A DNA stretch of 64,000 bases from Candidatus Eiseniibacteriota bacterium (lineage in GTDB: Bacteria > Eisenbacteria > RBG-16-71-46), in the NCBI GenBank assembly GCA_963717505.1, contig OY970342.1:3968001-4032000 (forward strand), written 5' to 3'. A model generated the notes under the pieces. The model was not told the origin of the DNA. It was given only the letters and a program-made list of their open reading frames with translations, and ran no database searches. This document shows, in pieces, positions 55,756 to 64,000 of the stretch. Position 1 is the stretch's first letter. Every line of letters begins with the position of its first letter. A program made the translations under genes and the position numbers.

Positions 55756-57297
55756 CTACGGGCGGGCGGTTTCCGCTTTGGCCTGCGCGTCGAACCGCGG
55801 CCAGTCGAGCCGATAGAACGTGATCACCGAATCCGGGGCCGCCGCGGCCGGCCCGTGGCCGAGCGGCACCAGGGCCTGCGGAAATGGCGCGCGTTCCATC
55901 AGCAGAAAAGGCTTCGGCGCATGGTGTGCGAGAAACGTGGGTCGTGCGACGCGCGCAAACTCGAATCGCTCGATGGCTTCCGGGCGACCGCGCGTGACGG
56001 CCTCGAGTTCGGGCGACAACACTCCGGTCAGGTCGAGCACGCGGCGGCGGCCGAAATACGCGAGCGCTCCGACTTCGCTCGATGCGATCACTGCTTGCGG
56101 CGGCGCGTGTTGTCCGAACCATTCGCCCCAGGTCACCAGTCCTTCGCGCATCGCGGCGGTGCGCGAGACGACCTCGGGCACCACCACCAGCCGATGCACC
56201 ACCAGGTTCTGAACCACCACGATCGCCGACAGCGCAAACGCCAGCACCGCCGCCTGATTCCTCCGCGCCGGCGTTTCCGGCCCGCCCCCCAGCCACCACT
56301 CGTCCGCCGACCGCCACGCCAGCCAGCCGAGCACCGGCAGGATCACCAGCAGGTATCTCGGCGTCGGCGGCGCGCCGCGCGCTGCGAGCAGGAACGGCAG
56401 AGACGCGACCCACAGCGCCGGCAGGTAGGCGAGCGCCGTCGGACGGCGCGCGAGAATTCGGCGACCCGCGAGGATCAGCGAGGCGACCATCAATCCCAGC
56501 AGCACCATCTCGGTAAAGAGCAGGTGCTGGACCTGAGCCCAAAGACCGGGTACGAACCGTACGTCCGGATCGCGAGCCACCGAAATGGTTCGCGGCCAGA
56601 ACGTGCCGAAGAACAATCGCGCGAACAGCAGCCACGAGCCGTAGACGATCACCGCCGGCACGGTGCCGAAGAACCAGCGGCGCAGCCCAGCCCGGTTGTT
56701 GGCGTCGACCAGCAGTAGGACCCCCCAGAGCACGAGCAGGTAGACGAGCTGGGGACGGGTCAGGGCGGCCAGCGCCCACAGGGTTCCGGTGCGCACGGGC
56801 CGCGCCCCCGGCACGTCGCCCTCGGTGAACGCGACGAAGCCGGCGAGCATGAGCGCCACCGCAAGCGGCGTTTCGAGCCCGGAGGTCGACCACTGGCTCA
56901 TCCACGCGTTGCTCGACCACGCGACGGTGGCGAAGGCGCGCACCGGCGCGTGGCGAATCGTGCGGCGCGCGAGCTGCAGGAACAGCGGTATGGTCGCAAG
57001 GGTCGCGAGAACACTCAGCGCCTTCGCAGCCGCGAGACCGTCGAAGCCGAGGACCATCGCGTCGCCGACCAGTGCGGCCCACAGCGGACTCGTGCACCCG
57101 TACACGTACTCGCCCGCGTTGAGCACCGGACCGCGGCCCTCGGCCAGGTGACGCGCGTATTGCAGGTGGACGAACGTGGAGTCGCTCAGCTGCCCGCGGA
57201 GCGGCAGCATCAGCCAAGTCGCGAGCGCGGTGCCGACGCCGAGCGCGATCCACTCGACTCGGGCCATCGGCGCGGCCGGCCTGAACACCGCGTTCAC
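55756..57297 (-). CDS. Polytopic membrane protein, GT-C-like glycosyltransferase
   Basis: 'SDSTFVHLQYARHLAEG..N.GE..G.TSPLW', 'SGLETPL', 'LTRP', 'RYLL', 'GALAYF..VLDLTG'. Confidence 0.7.
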   Translation of the reverse strand: MNAVFRPAAPMARVEWIALGVGTALATWLMLPLRGQLSDSTFVHLQYARHLAEGRGPVLNAGEYVYGCTSPLWAALVGDAMVLGFDGLAAAKALSVLATLATIPLFLQLARRTIRHAPVRAFATVAWSSNAWMSQWSTSGLETPLAVALMLAGFVAFTEGDVPGARPVRTGTLWALAALTRPQLVYLLVLWGVLLLVDANNRAGLRRWFFGTVPAVIVYGSWLLFARLFFGTFWPRTISVARDPDVRFVPGLWAQVQHLLFTEMVLLGLMVASLILAGRRILARRPTALAYLPALWVASLPFLLAARGAPPTPRYLLVILPVLGWLAWRSADEWWLGGGPETPARRNQAAVLAFALSAIVVVQNLVVHRLVVVPEVVSRTAAMREGLVTWGEWFGQHAPPQAVIASSEVGALAYFGRRRVLDLTGVLSPELEAVTRGRPEAIERFEFARVARPTFLAHHAPKPFLLMERAPFPQALVPLGHGPAAAAPDSVITFYRLDWPRFDAQAKAETARP

Positions 57298-58589
57298 GAC
57301 GCGGTCCCGCCTTCGGCGACTCGAGCTTCGAGTCGTTCGACCAGACGGGCGGTGAGGCGCGCGCGCGTGTGTTCGTCGAGCCACGCGGGACGCTGCGCGG
57401 GGGCACTCCCTCGCCCCTGCCAGGCGGCGTAGTGTCGGTTCAGCGTCGCCGTGAGGCCGGCGAGATCGCCGGGCGCCACCAGGTCGCCACCCGCGCGCCG
57501 CACCAGCTCGGCGGCCTCGTCCCCGGGCTCGAGCAACGCGATCAGCGGACGGCCCGTGTCCAGGTACTCGTAGAGCTTGCCCGGCACCATGGTGGGGATT
57601 CCGGGCGGCTTCCACAGCAGCAACAGGTCGGCGCTGCTCTGGATCGCACGCGTTTCGGCATGCGGCCGCGGCCCGGTGAACTCGACGATCCCGGGAGTCA
57701 GGCCGAGTGCGATCGCACGATCCTGGTAGCCGGTCTCGAACGGACCCGCGATCGTGGCGCGGACCCGCCGCCGGGCCTGCGGGGCTCGGGCCAGGAGATC
57801 GTGAAGCGCCTCGAGGAAGATCTCGGCATCGGGCATTCCCGCGAGCGTGCCGGTGAAGGCGACGCGAAAGAACTCGGAAGCCACCGTCGCCTCGACCCGG
57901 GGCGTGTCCTCGGGCTCGAAACCGTTCGGCAGGTGAACGACGCGTTCGGGCTTCGCCAATCCCGAAGACGTCAGTCGATCGGCGTGGGTGCGCGACGCCG
58001 CAAGCACCAGGTCGGCGCCGCTGAGCACGCGTTGTTCGAGTGCCGCCTGACGCTTGCGATGCCACTCGGTGGGCGGCCGGCGGACGTGAAGCCCCATCCA
58101 GGGATCACGGAAGTCGGCGATCCACGGCAGCCTGAAGCGCCGCTTGAGATCCAGTGCCGCGAGGTGAACGCTGTCGGGTGGCGAGGTCGAGAGCACGGCG
58201 TCGAAGCCGCCGCGCTCGAGCAGACGGGCGGCGGCGCGACGGCAGCGTCCGGCCCAGCCGACGTAGGGATCCGGGATCAGCCACCAGTCGCTGAGTCGCC
58301 GCAGGGCCGAGAATACGCCGGTCGGGCGTCGTCCACGGTGGCCGGGCCTCGCCCGCAGCCAGGTCGCAAGCGCGCTGCCGCCCGCGACGCGCACCACCTC
58401 GGTCGCGGGATGAATCCGCGCGGTCAGGCTGTCGTCCGTCACCCAGTAGTCCTCGGGGCCCGCACAGACCACCGTGCAGGACCATCCATGATCCGGCAGG
58501 TGGCGCGTGAATCCGAGGACCCGGTGCACGCCGCCACCGGCGAGCGGCGGATAGAAGTAGCACAGGACCAGGAGGCGACGCTCGTTCAC
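57294..58589 (-). CDS. GT4 glycosyltransferase
   Basis: YFYPPLAGGGVHR, STSPP, WIADFRDPW, PNGF, PGKLYEYL. Confidence 0.88.
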   Translation of the reverse strand: MNERRLLVLCYFYPPLAGGGVHRVLGFTRHLPDHGWSCTVVCAGPEDYWVTDDSLTARIHPATEVVRVAGGSALATWLRARPGHRGRRPTGVFSALRRLSDWWLIPDPYVGWAGRCRRAAARLLERGGFDAVLSTSPPDSVHLAALDLKRRFRLPWIADFRDPWMGLHVRRPPTEWHRKRQAALEQRVLSGADLVLAASRTHADRLTSSGLAKPERVVHLPNGFEPEDTPRVEATVASEFFRVAFTGTLAGMPDAEIFLEALHDLLARAPQARRRVRATIAGPFETGYQDRAIALGLTPGIVEFTGPRPHAETRAIQSSADLLLLWKPPGIPTMVPGKLYEYLDTGRPLIALLEPGDEAAELVRRAGGDLVAPGDLAGLTATLNRHYAAWQGRGSAPAQRPAWLDEHTRARLTARLVERLEARVAEGGTAS

Positions 58590-59653
58590 GGGTGATCCCG
58601 CCCGCCGAATCCGACCAGCGCGACGAACAAACTCTCGATGCGGCCGAGATTGACCTCGAGATCGGCGCGCTCGGCGACCCGGCGGCGATTGCGATCGCGC
58701 GCCGCACTCGCCCACGCCGGGTCATGGAGCGCGCGCGCGATCGCTGCCGTGACTCCGGCGACGTCGCCAACCGGGAACAATCGAGCGCCGTCGCCCTCTC
58801 CCACCCAGTCTCGGTTGCCGTCGATGTCGCTGACCACCGGGATCGCGCCCGCGGCCATCGCCTCGAGCAGCGTGACCGACGTCGAATCCGAGTGGGATGC
58901 CGACAGGTAGACCTCGGCGCGTCCGAGCCACACGGCCATGGCCGCGGGCTCGAGCCTGCCCAGGAACTCGAAGCGGCCGGCCGGCAGCAGCGAAGCGGCC
59001 AGGGATTCGAGCTCTCGCGTCTGGCTGCCGCCTCCGGCCGCCACGAATCGGGTGTGCGGAGAGCCGGCCAGGATCGGCGCCACGCCGCGGATCAACACCT
59101 GGAGGTCGTAGATCGGCTCGTGCATGCGCGCGCTGAGCAGCAGCCCCGGTTCGCGCGCGGGCAGGTGCCGGAATCGCTCGAGATCGATGCCCCACGGGAT
59201 CGCGTGCACCCGATTCGGCTCGGCGCCGAGATCGATCGCCGCGGCGGCCAGGTTGTCGCCATCGGCGATCACCAGATCGGCGCGCGACAGGACGAAGCGC
59301 GCGCGCGCCTGCTGGAGCGGATCGCGCGCTCCGGTCACGAGCAGATCCGAGCCCCAGGCGGTGATCACGCGCGGGCGAGCACCTGCCAGCGTTGCGAGCA
59401 CGCCGTAGTTCGGAACGAAGTGGGCGTCGACCACGTCGGGCCGGAAGCGCATCAGCTCGCGCCGCAGGGCCGGTGCTGCGACCGGATAGCGCAGGAACCC
59501 CGGGAGCGGATGCGATGGCAATCGATGCGCCTCGAAGTCGTCCGGGGCCGGTTCGAGCGACCAAACGCCGACCTCGTGTCCGCGCCGGCGCAGCGCTTCC
59601 GCCCAGCGGCGCGTGTGGACGACCGCAGCGTTGCCGAGCAACGCGACCCTCAC
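58586..59653 (-). CDS. GT4 glycosyltransferase
   Basis: HTRRW, HFVPNYG, WGSDL, PWGID, SDSTSVTLLEAMAAG, VVSDIDGN. Confidence 0.88.
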   Translation of the reverse strand: MRVALLGNAAVVHTRRWAEALRRRGHEVGVWSLEPAPDDFEAHRLPSHPLPGFLRYPVAAPALRRELMRFRPDVVDAHFVPNYGVLATLAGARPRVITAWGSDLLVTGARDPLQQARARFVLSRADLVIADGDNLAAAAIDLGAEPNRVHAIPWGIDLERFRHLPAREPGLLLSARMHEPIYDLQVLIRGVAPILAGSPHTRFVAAGGGSQTRELESLAASLLPAGRFEFLGRLEPAAMAVWLGRAEVYLSASHSDSTSVTLLEAMAAGAIPVVSDIDGNRDWVGEGDGARLFPVGDVAGVTAAIARALHDPAWASAARDRNRRRVAERADLEVNLGRIESLFVALVGFGGRDHP

Positions 59654-59705
59654 GCGCCGGCTCCCAGGCGCGGCTTCGCCGGCGGGCGAACCTCCCCGAC
59701 TTCCC

Positions 59706-60731
59706 TCACGCGGTACTCCCGCGCGCACGGCCCGCCCGCATTCGCCCTTGCAGCGAGGCCAGGAGCTTCCCGGTCCACGGGGCATAGTCGGCGCCGATCC
59801 AGCGCACCGGCAGCGTCTGTTCCTGAGCACCGAGCGCCTGCTTGAACGACACCAGGGTGCCGCGACCCGCGCTGCCGCCGAGGTTCAGCCGCTCGCGACC
59901 CGCGGTCGCCGCCCACTCGATCGCGCGCCAGAGCAGAACCTGGAACAAATGCCGGCGCCGCGCTTGGGGATGAATGCCACTCCACCACGCCATGAGCTCG
60001 CGAGGATGATCCAGGAACAGGGTTCCGGCGAGCAGCCGGCCGCCCTCGCGCAACACGAACAGGCGCGCGCGCGGCACACCGGTCCGCCCGACCGCCAGCA
60101 ATCGTCTCGACAGTTCGATCGGCAGGATCGCGTGTCCCGACCATCCGCGAGACTGTCGCTGGTGGAGCACGTGTACCGACTCCAGGGCTTCCGGCTCTTC
60201 CGTGAACGTGAACTCGCCGCCGATTCGTCTCAGGTGCTGGCCCAGGGTCCGCTGCAGCCGCTTCTGGACGGCGGCGAGCCCGGCGCGCAGATCGACCACC
60301 GCCGTTTCGATCCGGGTCGTAACGCCCGGCAGTCGAACCAGCACGTCCTCGGCGAGCGGCGGGCCTTCCGGCCGATGGCAGACCCACGTGCCGCCAACCA
60401 CGCGCAGCTCCAGCGCAAGTTCATCCAGCGCTTGGCCGCACGCCGAGTCGACGCGCTCGTGCGCGCCGGCGCGGGCGAGCGGGGTCCCGGGCAGAAGGTA
60501 GGGCAGGGCGTGGAGCCAGTGGTGTCCTGCGCGGCGCTCGATCACCACGCCCATGCCGCCCGCCAGGTCGCCGTCGTCGCCGACCGCGATGAAGCGGGAC
60601 ACGCCGCCGCGGGCATCGGCGAGCGCCGCCCAGACTTCGGGATCGTGGGCGGGCGTGGCGTTGGGATCCTCGCGCAGCAGGCGATCCCACGCCGGAGGCG
60701 GGCGGTCGAGGATGCGCGCGCCGGAAATCAC
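59706..60731 (-). CDS. GNAT-fold (FemAB/Acetyltransf_6-like) acyltransferase
   Basis: 'NATPAHDPEVW', 'LLWRAIEWA', 'NLGGS', 'LVSFKQALGA'. Confidence 0.75.
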   Translation of the reverse strand: MISGARILDRPPPAWDRLLREDPNATPAHDPEVWAALADARGGVSRFIAVGDDGDLAGGMGVVIERRAGHHWLHALPYLLPGTPLARAGAHERVDSACGQALDELALELRVVGGTWVCHRPEGPPLAEDVLVRLPGVTTRIETAVVDLRAGLAAVQKRLQRTLGQHLRRIGGEFTFTEEPEALESVHVLHQRQSRGWSGHAILPIELSRRLLAVGRTGVPRARLFVLREGGRLLAGTLFLDHPRELMAWWSGIHPQARRRHLFQVLLWRAIEWAATAGRERLNLGGSAGRGTLVSFKQALGAQEQTLPVRWIGADYAPWTGKLLASLQGRMRAGRARGSTA

Positions 60732-60792
60732 GCGGCCCGTTCGCGGGTCACGAGCACCGGCGCAGCATGCACGGCCGCCGCATCCGCGGCAA

Positions 60793-63078
60793 CTAGCGGA
60801 GCATGACCGCGCGCACCAGCGTCGAGCGCGGACCCGAGCGCACCTGCACGAAATAGATTCCGGGTCGAACCAGGCGCCCGTCCTGATCGAAGCCGTTCCA
60901 CACCACACCGCCCTCGGGCACGTCGCGGAACGAGTTCACGCGCCGGCCGCTCAGATCGTAGACCGCGCCATAGTAGGTCGAGACGTTGCCGCTCAGCCGC
61001 AGTCCGGCGCCCATGTTGGTCAGGCGCGCGGGATTCGGGTAGACGCGCACGTCGAGCGGTGGAACGTCGGTCGTCGGCGGCGTGAAGTCGGGGTCGAAGC
61101 GATGAAGTCCCGCCGATGTGCCGACCCAGATCTGCCCGGTCGCGCGATCGACCCGGATGGCCTTGATGTCGTCGCTGCTCAGCGGCGAGTTGGCCACCGT
61201 GTAGTCGTTGCGCGTCGAACCGTCGCGGTTGTAGACGCGAATGCCGTTCACCGTGCCCACCCAGATCGCACCGTCGAGCGCGACGTCCATGGTGTTCCCG
61301 GCGTTTTCCGAGGGTGCGGCGGGCACCGACAGCCCGCTGCGCACGATCTCGCCCTTGTCCCGGCTGTAGATCCGGACGTCGTTGGTGGTCTGGGCCCACA
61401 CCGAATCCCCGGCGACCACGATGCCGCGCACGTCCCGACTCTCGTTGGGCAGCACGTATTCGATCGTGTCGGTGGCGTCGTCGAAGAACTGAACGCCGCC
61501 GCCCGCGGTCGCGATCCACACCCGTCCGACACGGTCGGTGGTCAGGGACACGACGCGGCCGGTCTTGAGTCCGCTGTTCGACGGACTGTACGTCCTGACC
61601 CAATTTCCGTGCCGGTCGTACTCATCGATGCCGATTGGCGTGAAGCTCGGGTTCTCGCGCTCCGCGCTGTCCATTCCGATCCAGATCGTCCCGGCCGAGT
61701 CGCGGGTCGAGCCGACGCCGAAGGTGTGGCGCACACTGGCCACCGTCAACGTGTCGGGCCAGTAGCTGATGCGGTCGAACGAGGGCGGGTCGATCGAGTC
61801 GTCGATGCGCTCGAGGGCGCCGGGATTGCGGACCTGGTCGTCGGTCACGCCCCAGGTGCTGACCCAGACGCGGCCGCTGTCATCGTCGACCAGGGCGAAG
61901 GCGAACGCCGGATTGAGGAACGAAGTGTCGGCGTCGCACGCCGGCAAACGGCAGGGTCCGGAACCTCCGCCCAGCGACGTCAACCAGTACTTCCAGCTCG
62001 TGCCGTCGAACCTCCCGATGCCCTCGGAGAACGTGTTCACGAAGATCCGCGAACCGAACACCATGACGTTGGTGATGTTGTTCCCCGGAGGCTGCGGCTC
62101 GAAGTATCGGGGCCAGGGCCCGGTCGCGACCTGTTCGTAGAGCCCGTCCCGGTTGGCTCCATAGACCTGTCCGTCGGGAGCGATTCCGGGCTCGATCCAC
62201 AGCGTGCGGTCGGTGCGCGAGATCGGCGCCCCCGGCACCGCGGTGTACCCGGTGCCGTTCCAGCGGAAGATGCCGGCGCCGCTGGTCACCAGGATCGTGC
62301 TGCGCTCTTCGTGGATCGCGCGCACGCCACCCAGCCCACCCTGCGTCACCCAGGAGGCGCCGGAGAGTCGGCGTGGCGTGATCCAGGTGGTGCCGGTCGT
62401 GAACGCGAACAGGTCGCGACCATCGCTTGCGATCATCTCGACCCGCGGCGTCGGCAGTCCGGCGTCGAGCGCCTCCCAGGTCTCGAGCCGGGTGCTGATC
62501 CGGCTGCGGTAGACCCCGTTCAGGGTCGAAACGTAGATCGAGTCGCCCTGCCGGACGATGCCGGTGACGTGGTCACTACGAAACGGCGAGGGGTTCACCC
62601 CGTCCGGCAGGCTGCCGAGGATCTGGTGTCCATCCCACAGCGAGAGCCCGCGCGTCGAGCCGATCCACAAGGTGTCGCCATCGGCCGTGAGCACGTTCAC
62701 CGTGTCCGAAGGCAGGCCGTCGAACTGGTTGACCAGCCCCCACTGCTGGCGGTCGGCCGACAGGTAGCTGAGCCCGTTTCCCTGGGTCCCGACCCACAAC
62801 CGCCCCGTCCGATCGAGGGCCAATGCGTTCAACCGGTTGCTGGCCAGCCCGCTCGGTTCCCGGGCGATCTGCTCGGTCTCCCGGGTGACCCGGTCGTAGC
62901 GCAGGAGCCCGCCTTCGAGCGAGGCCGACCAGACTTCGGTGGTGTCGGCGACCACGTCGGTGATGGTTCGGGCGCGGAGGTAGGTCGTCCAAGGTCCGGC
63001 GGCAACCGCCGAACCTGCAGTACCGGACAGCATCGCGGCCGCCACCAGGGCGGCCGGCATCCAACGGGGGGAAATCAT
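60793..63078 (-). CDS. PorZ-like double beta-propeller protein with a FlgD/T9SS-like C-terminal domain
   Basis: Signal peptide, 'WTTY', regulator-propeller repeats (GLASN..LWVGT, NSPLSSD..IWVGT), tail 'VYPNP..VYDLSGRRV..WNG.D..PGIYFV'; 761 aa. Confidence 0.7.
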   Translation of the reverse strand: MISPRWMPAALVAAAMLSGTAGSAVAAGPWTTYLRARTITDVVADTTEVWSASLEGGLLRYDRVTRETEQIAREPSGLASNRLNALALDRTGRLWVGTQGNGLSYLSADRQQWGLVNQFDGLPSDTVNVLTADGDTLWIGSTRGLSLWDGHQILGSLPDGVNPSPFRSDHVTGIVRQGDSIYVSTLNGVYRSRISTRLETWEALDAGLPTPRVEMIASDGRDLFAFTTGTTWITPRRLSGASWVTQGGLGGVRAIHEERSTILVTSGAGIFRWNGTGYTAVPGAPISRTDRTLWIEPGIAPDGQVYGANRDGLYEQVATGPWPRYFEPQPPGNNITNVMVFGSRIFVNTFSEGIGRFDGTSWKYWLTSLGGGSGPCRLPACDADTSFLNPAFAFALVDDDSGRVWVSTWGVTDDQVRNPGALERIDDSIDPPSFDRISYWPDTLTVASVRHTFGVGSTRDSAGTIWIGMDSAERENPSFTPIGIDEYDRHGNWVRTYSPSNSGLKTGRVVSLTTDRVGRVWIATAGGGVQFFDDATDTIEYVLPNESRDVRGIVVAGDSVWAQTTNDVRIYSRDKGEIVRSGLSVPAAPSENAGNTMDVALDGAIWVGTVNGIRVYNRDGSTRNDYTVANSPLSSDDIKAIRVDRATGQIWVGTSAGLHRFDPDFTPPTTDVPPLDVRVYPNPARLTNMGAGLRLSGNVSTYYGAVYDLSGRRVNSFRDVPEGGVVWNGFDQDGRLVRPGIYFVQVRSGPRSTLVRAVMLR

Positions 63079-63133
63079 CGGAGGAGAATACCCCGAGACC
63101 GCCCGAAATGCGCCCTGCCCAGGGGGCGCCCCC

Positions 63134-63851
63134 CTATTCGAGCCGGCCGAACAGGTCCGTGAGCCTCAGCCGCCAGACCATCCAGGCCGCTTCCCAGATG
63201 ATCTTCCGGTTCATCTTGGACACCCCGGCACGCCGGTCGACGAACAGGATCGGAATCTCGACCAGCCGGAACCCCTTGCGCCAGCACTTGAAGGACATCT
63301 CGATCTGGAATGCGTAGCCGTCGGACTGGACCCGGTCGAGCCGGATGGCCTCCAGCGCCCGCCGGCGGAAACACTTGAACCCGCCGGTCGCGTCGTTGAC
63401 CGGCATGCCGGTGATCCAGCGCGTGTAGCGATTCGCGAGGTAGGACAGGATCAGACGTCCGATCGGCCAGTTGACCACAGTGACGCCGTTCAGATAGCGG
63501 GAGCCGAGCACGACGTCGGCCTGTTGGGCGTGCGACAGGAACTCGCCGATGCTCACGGGATCGTGCGAGAAGTCGGCATCCATCTCGAAGATGTATTCCG
63601 CCCCATGGTCGAGCGCGTAGCGGAACCCCTCGCGGTAGGCCGAGCCCAGTCCCAGCTTGGATGCGCGCTGGATCAGGTGCAGGCGCGGCTCGCGCGCCTG
63701 CCAATCGCGAACGAAGGCGCCGGTGCCGTCGGGGGAGCCGTCGTCCACCACCAGCACCTCGAGGCCGTGGGGCAATCGCCAGCAGCTGGTGGAGCAGCGG
63801 CTCGATGTTGTCGCGTTCGTTGTACGTGGGAACGATGACCAGCTTGTCCAC
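63134..63851 (-). CDS. Polyprenol monophosphomannose synthase (GT2, Ppm1/Dpm1-like; one frameshift)
   Basis: IVPTYNERDNI, VVDDGSPDGT, GLGSAY, MDADFSHDP, DATGGFKCF, GYAFQIEM, FVDRRAGVSKM. Confidence 0.9.
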
Positions 63852-63861
63852 GGCGGCTCCG

Positions 63862-64000
63862 TCAGATCGGCGCGGGCGGCGGCGCAGCGCGCCGACGGCC
63901 GCGCCAGTAGCCGCCGACCAGGATCCCGATCGCGAGCGTCAGGCTGACCAGCGACAGGATGAACCCCGATCGAACCGAGCCCGCCGAGAAGTGGAACTCG
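63862..64000 (-). CDS. C-terminus of a YfhO-like membrane protein (truncated by the window edge)
   Basis: [45 protein letters not shown] matches the usual 'EF.F...S...G..IS' plus TM ending. Confidence 0.5.
   Translation of the reverse strand, partial: EFHFSAGSVRSGFILSLVSLTLAIGILVGGYWRGRRRAAPPPAPI

Overview
High-GC bacterial chromosomal window. The gene content (secreted proteins with FlgD/T9SS-like C-terminal domains, an MglA GTPase, a PASTA-bearing FtsI, and a Ser/Thr kinase-TPR protein) is consistent with an FCB-associated lineage such as Ca. Eisenbacteria, but this is inference only. The housekeeping backbone comprises valS, trpA, recG, rpmB and a nearly complete dcw cluster (mraZ to ftsZ). 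Many conserved genes carry scattered indels that look like consensus errors rather than true pseudogenes. The most interesting region is about 6-21 kb. It holds a flagellar-type regulatory cascade with no flagellar structural genes in the window: a PAS kinase and sigma-54 activator, a sigma-54 promoter, then a receiver, a sigma region-4-only protein, an 80-aa protein, FlhG and FliA/WhiG, plus csrA and an unannotated FlgM-like gene. Four sigma-28-type promoters with exact 15-nt spacers point at csrA-flgM, a GGDEF/hybrid-kinase pair, an 18-aa WW peptide in a structured RNA, and an MglA GTPase with no neighbouring MglB. Other notable items are a PatA/PimA-like glycolipid operon, a STAS gene inserted between mraZ and rsmH, and a collagen-like repeat in MurE. 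There is also a more AT-rich island with an orphan tailspike-like protein behind a poly-C tract, and a PorZ-like gene inside a glycosylation cluster. All calls come from reading motifs by eye; no database searches were run.
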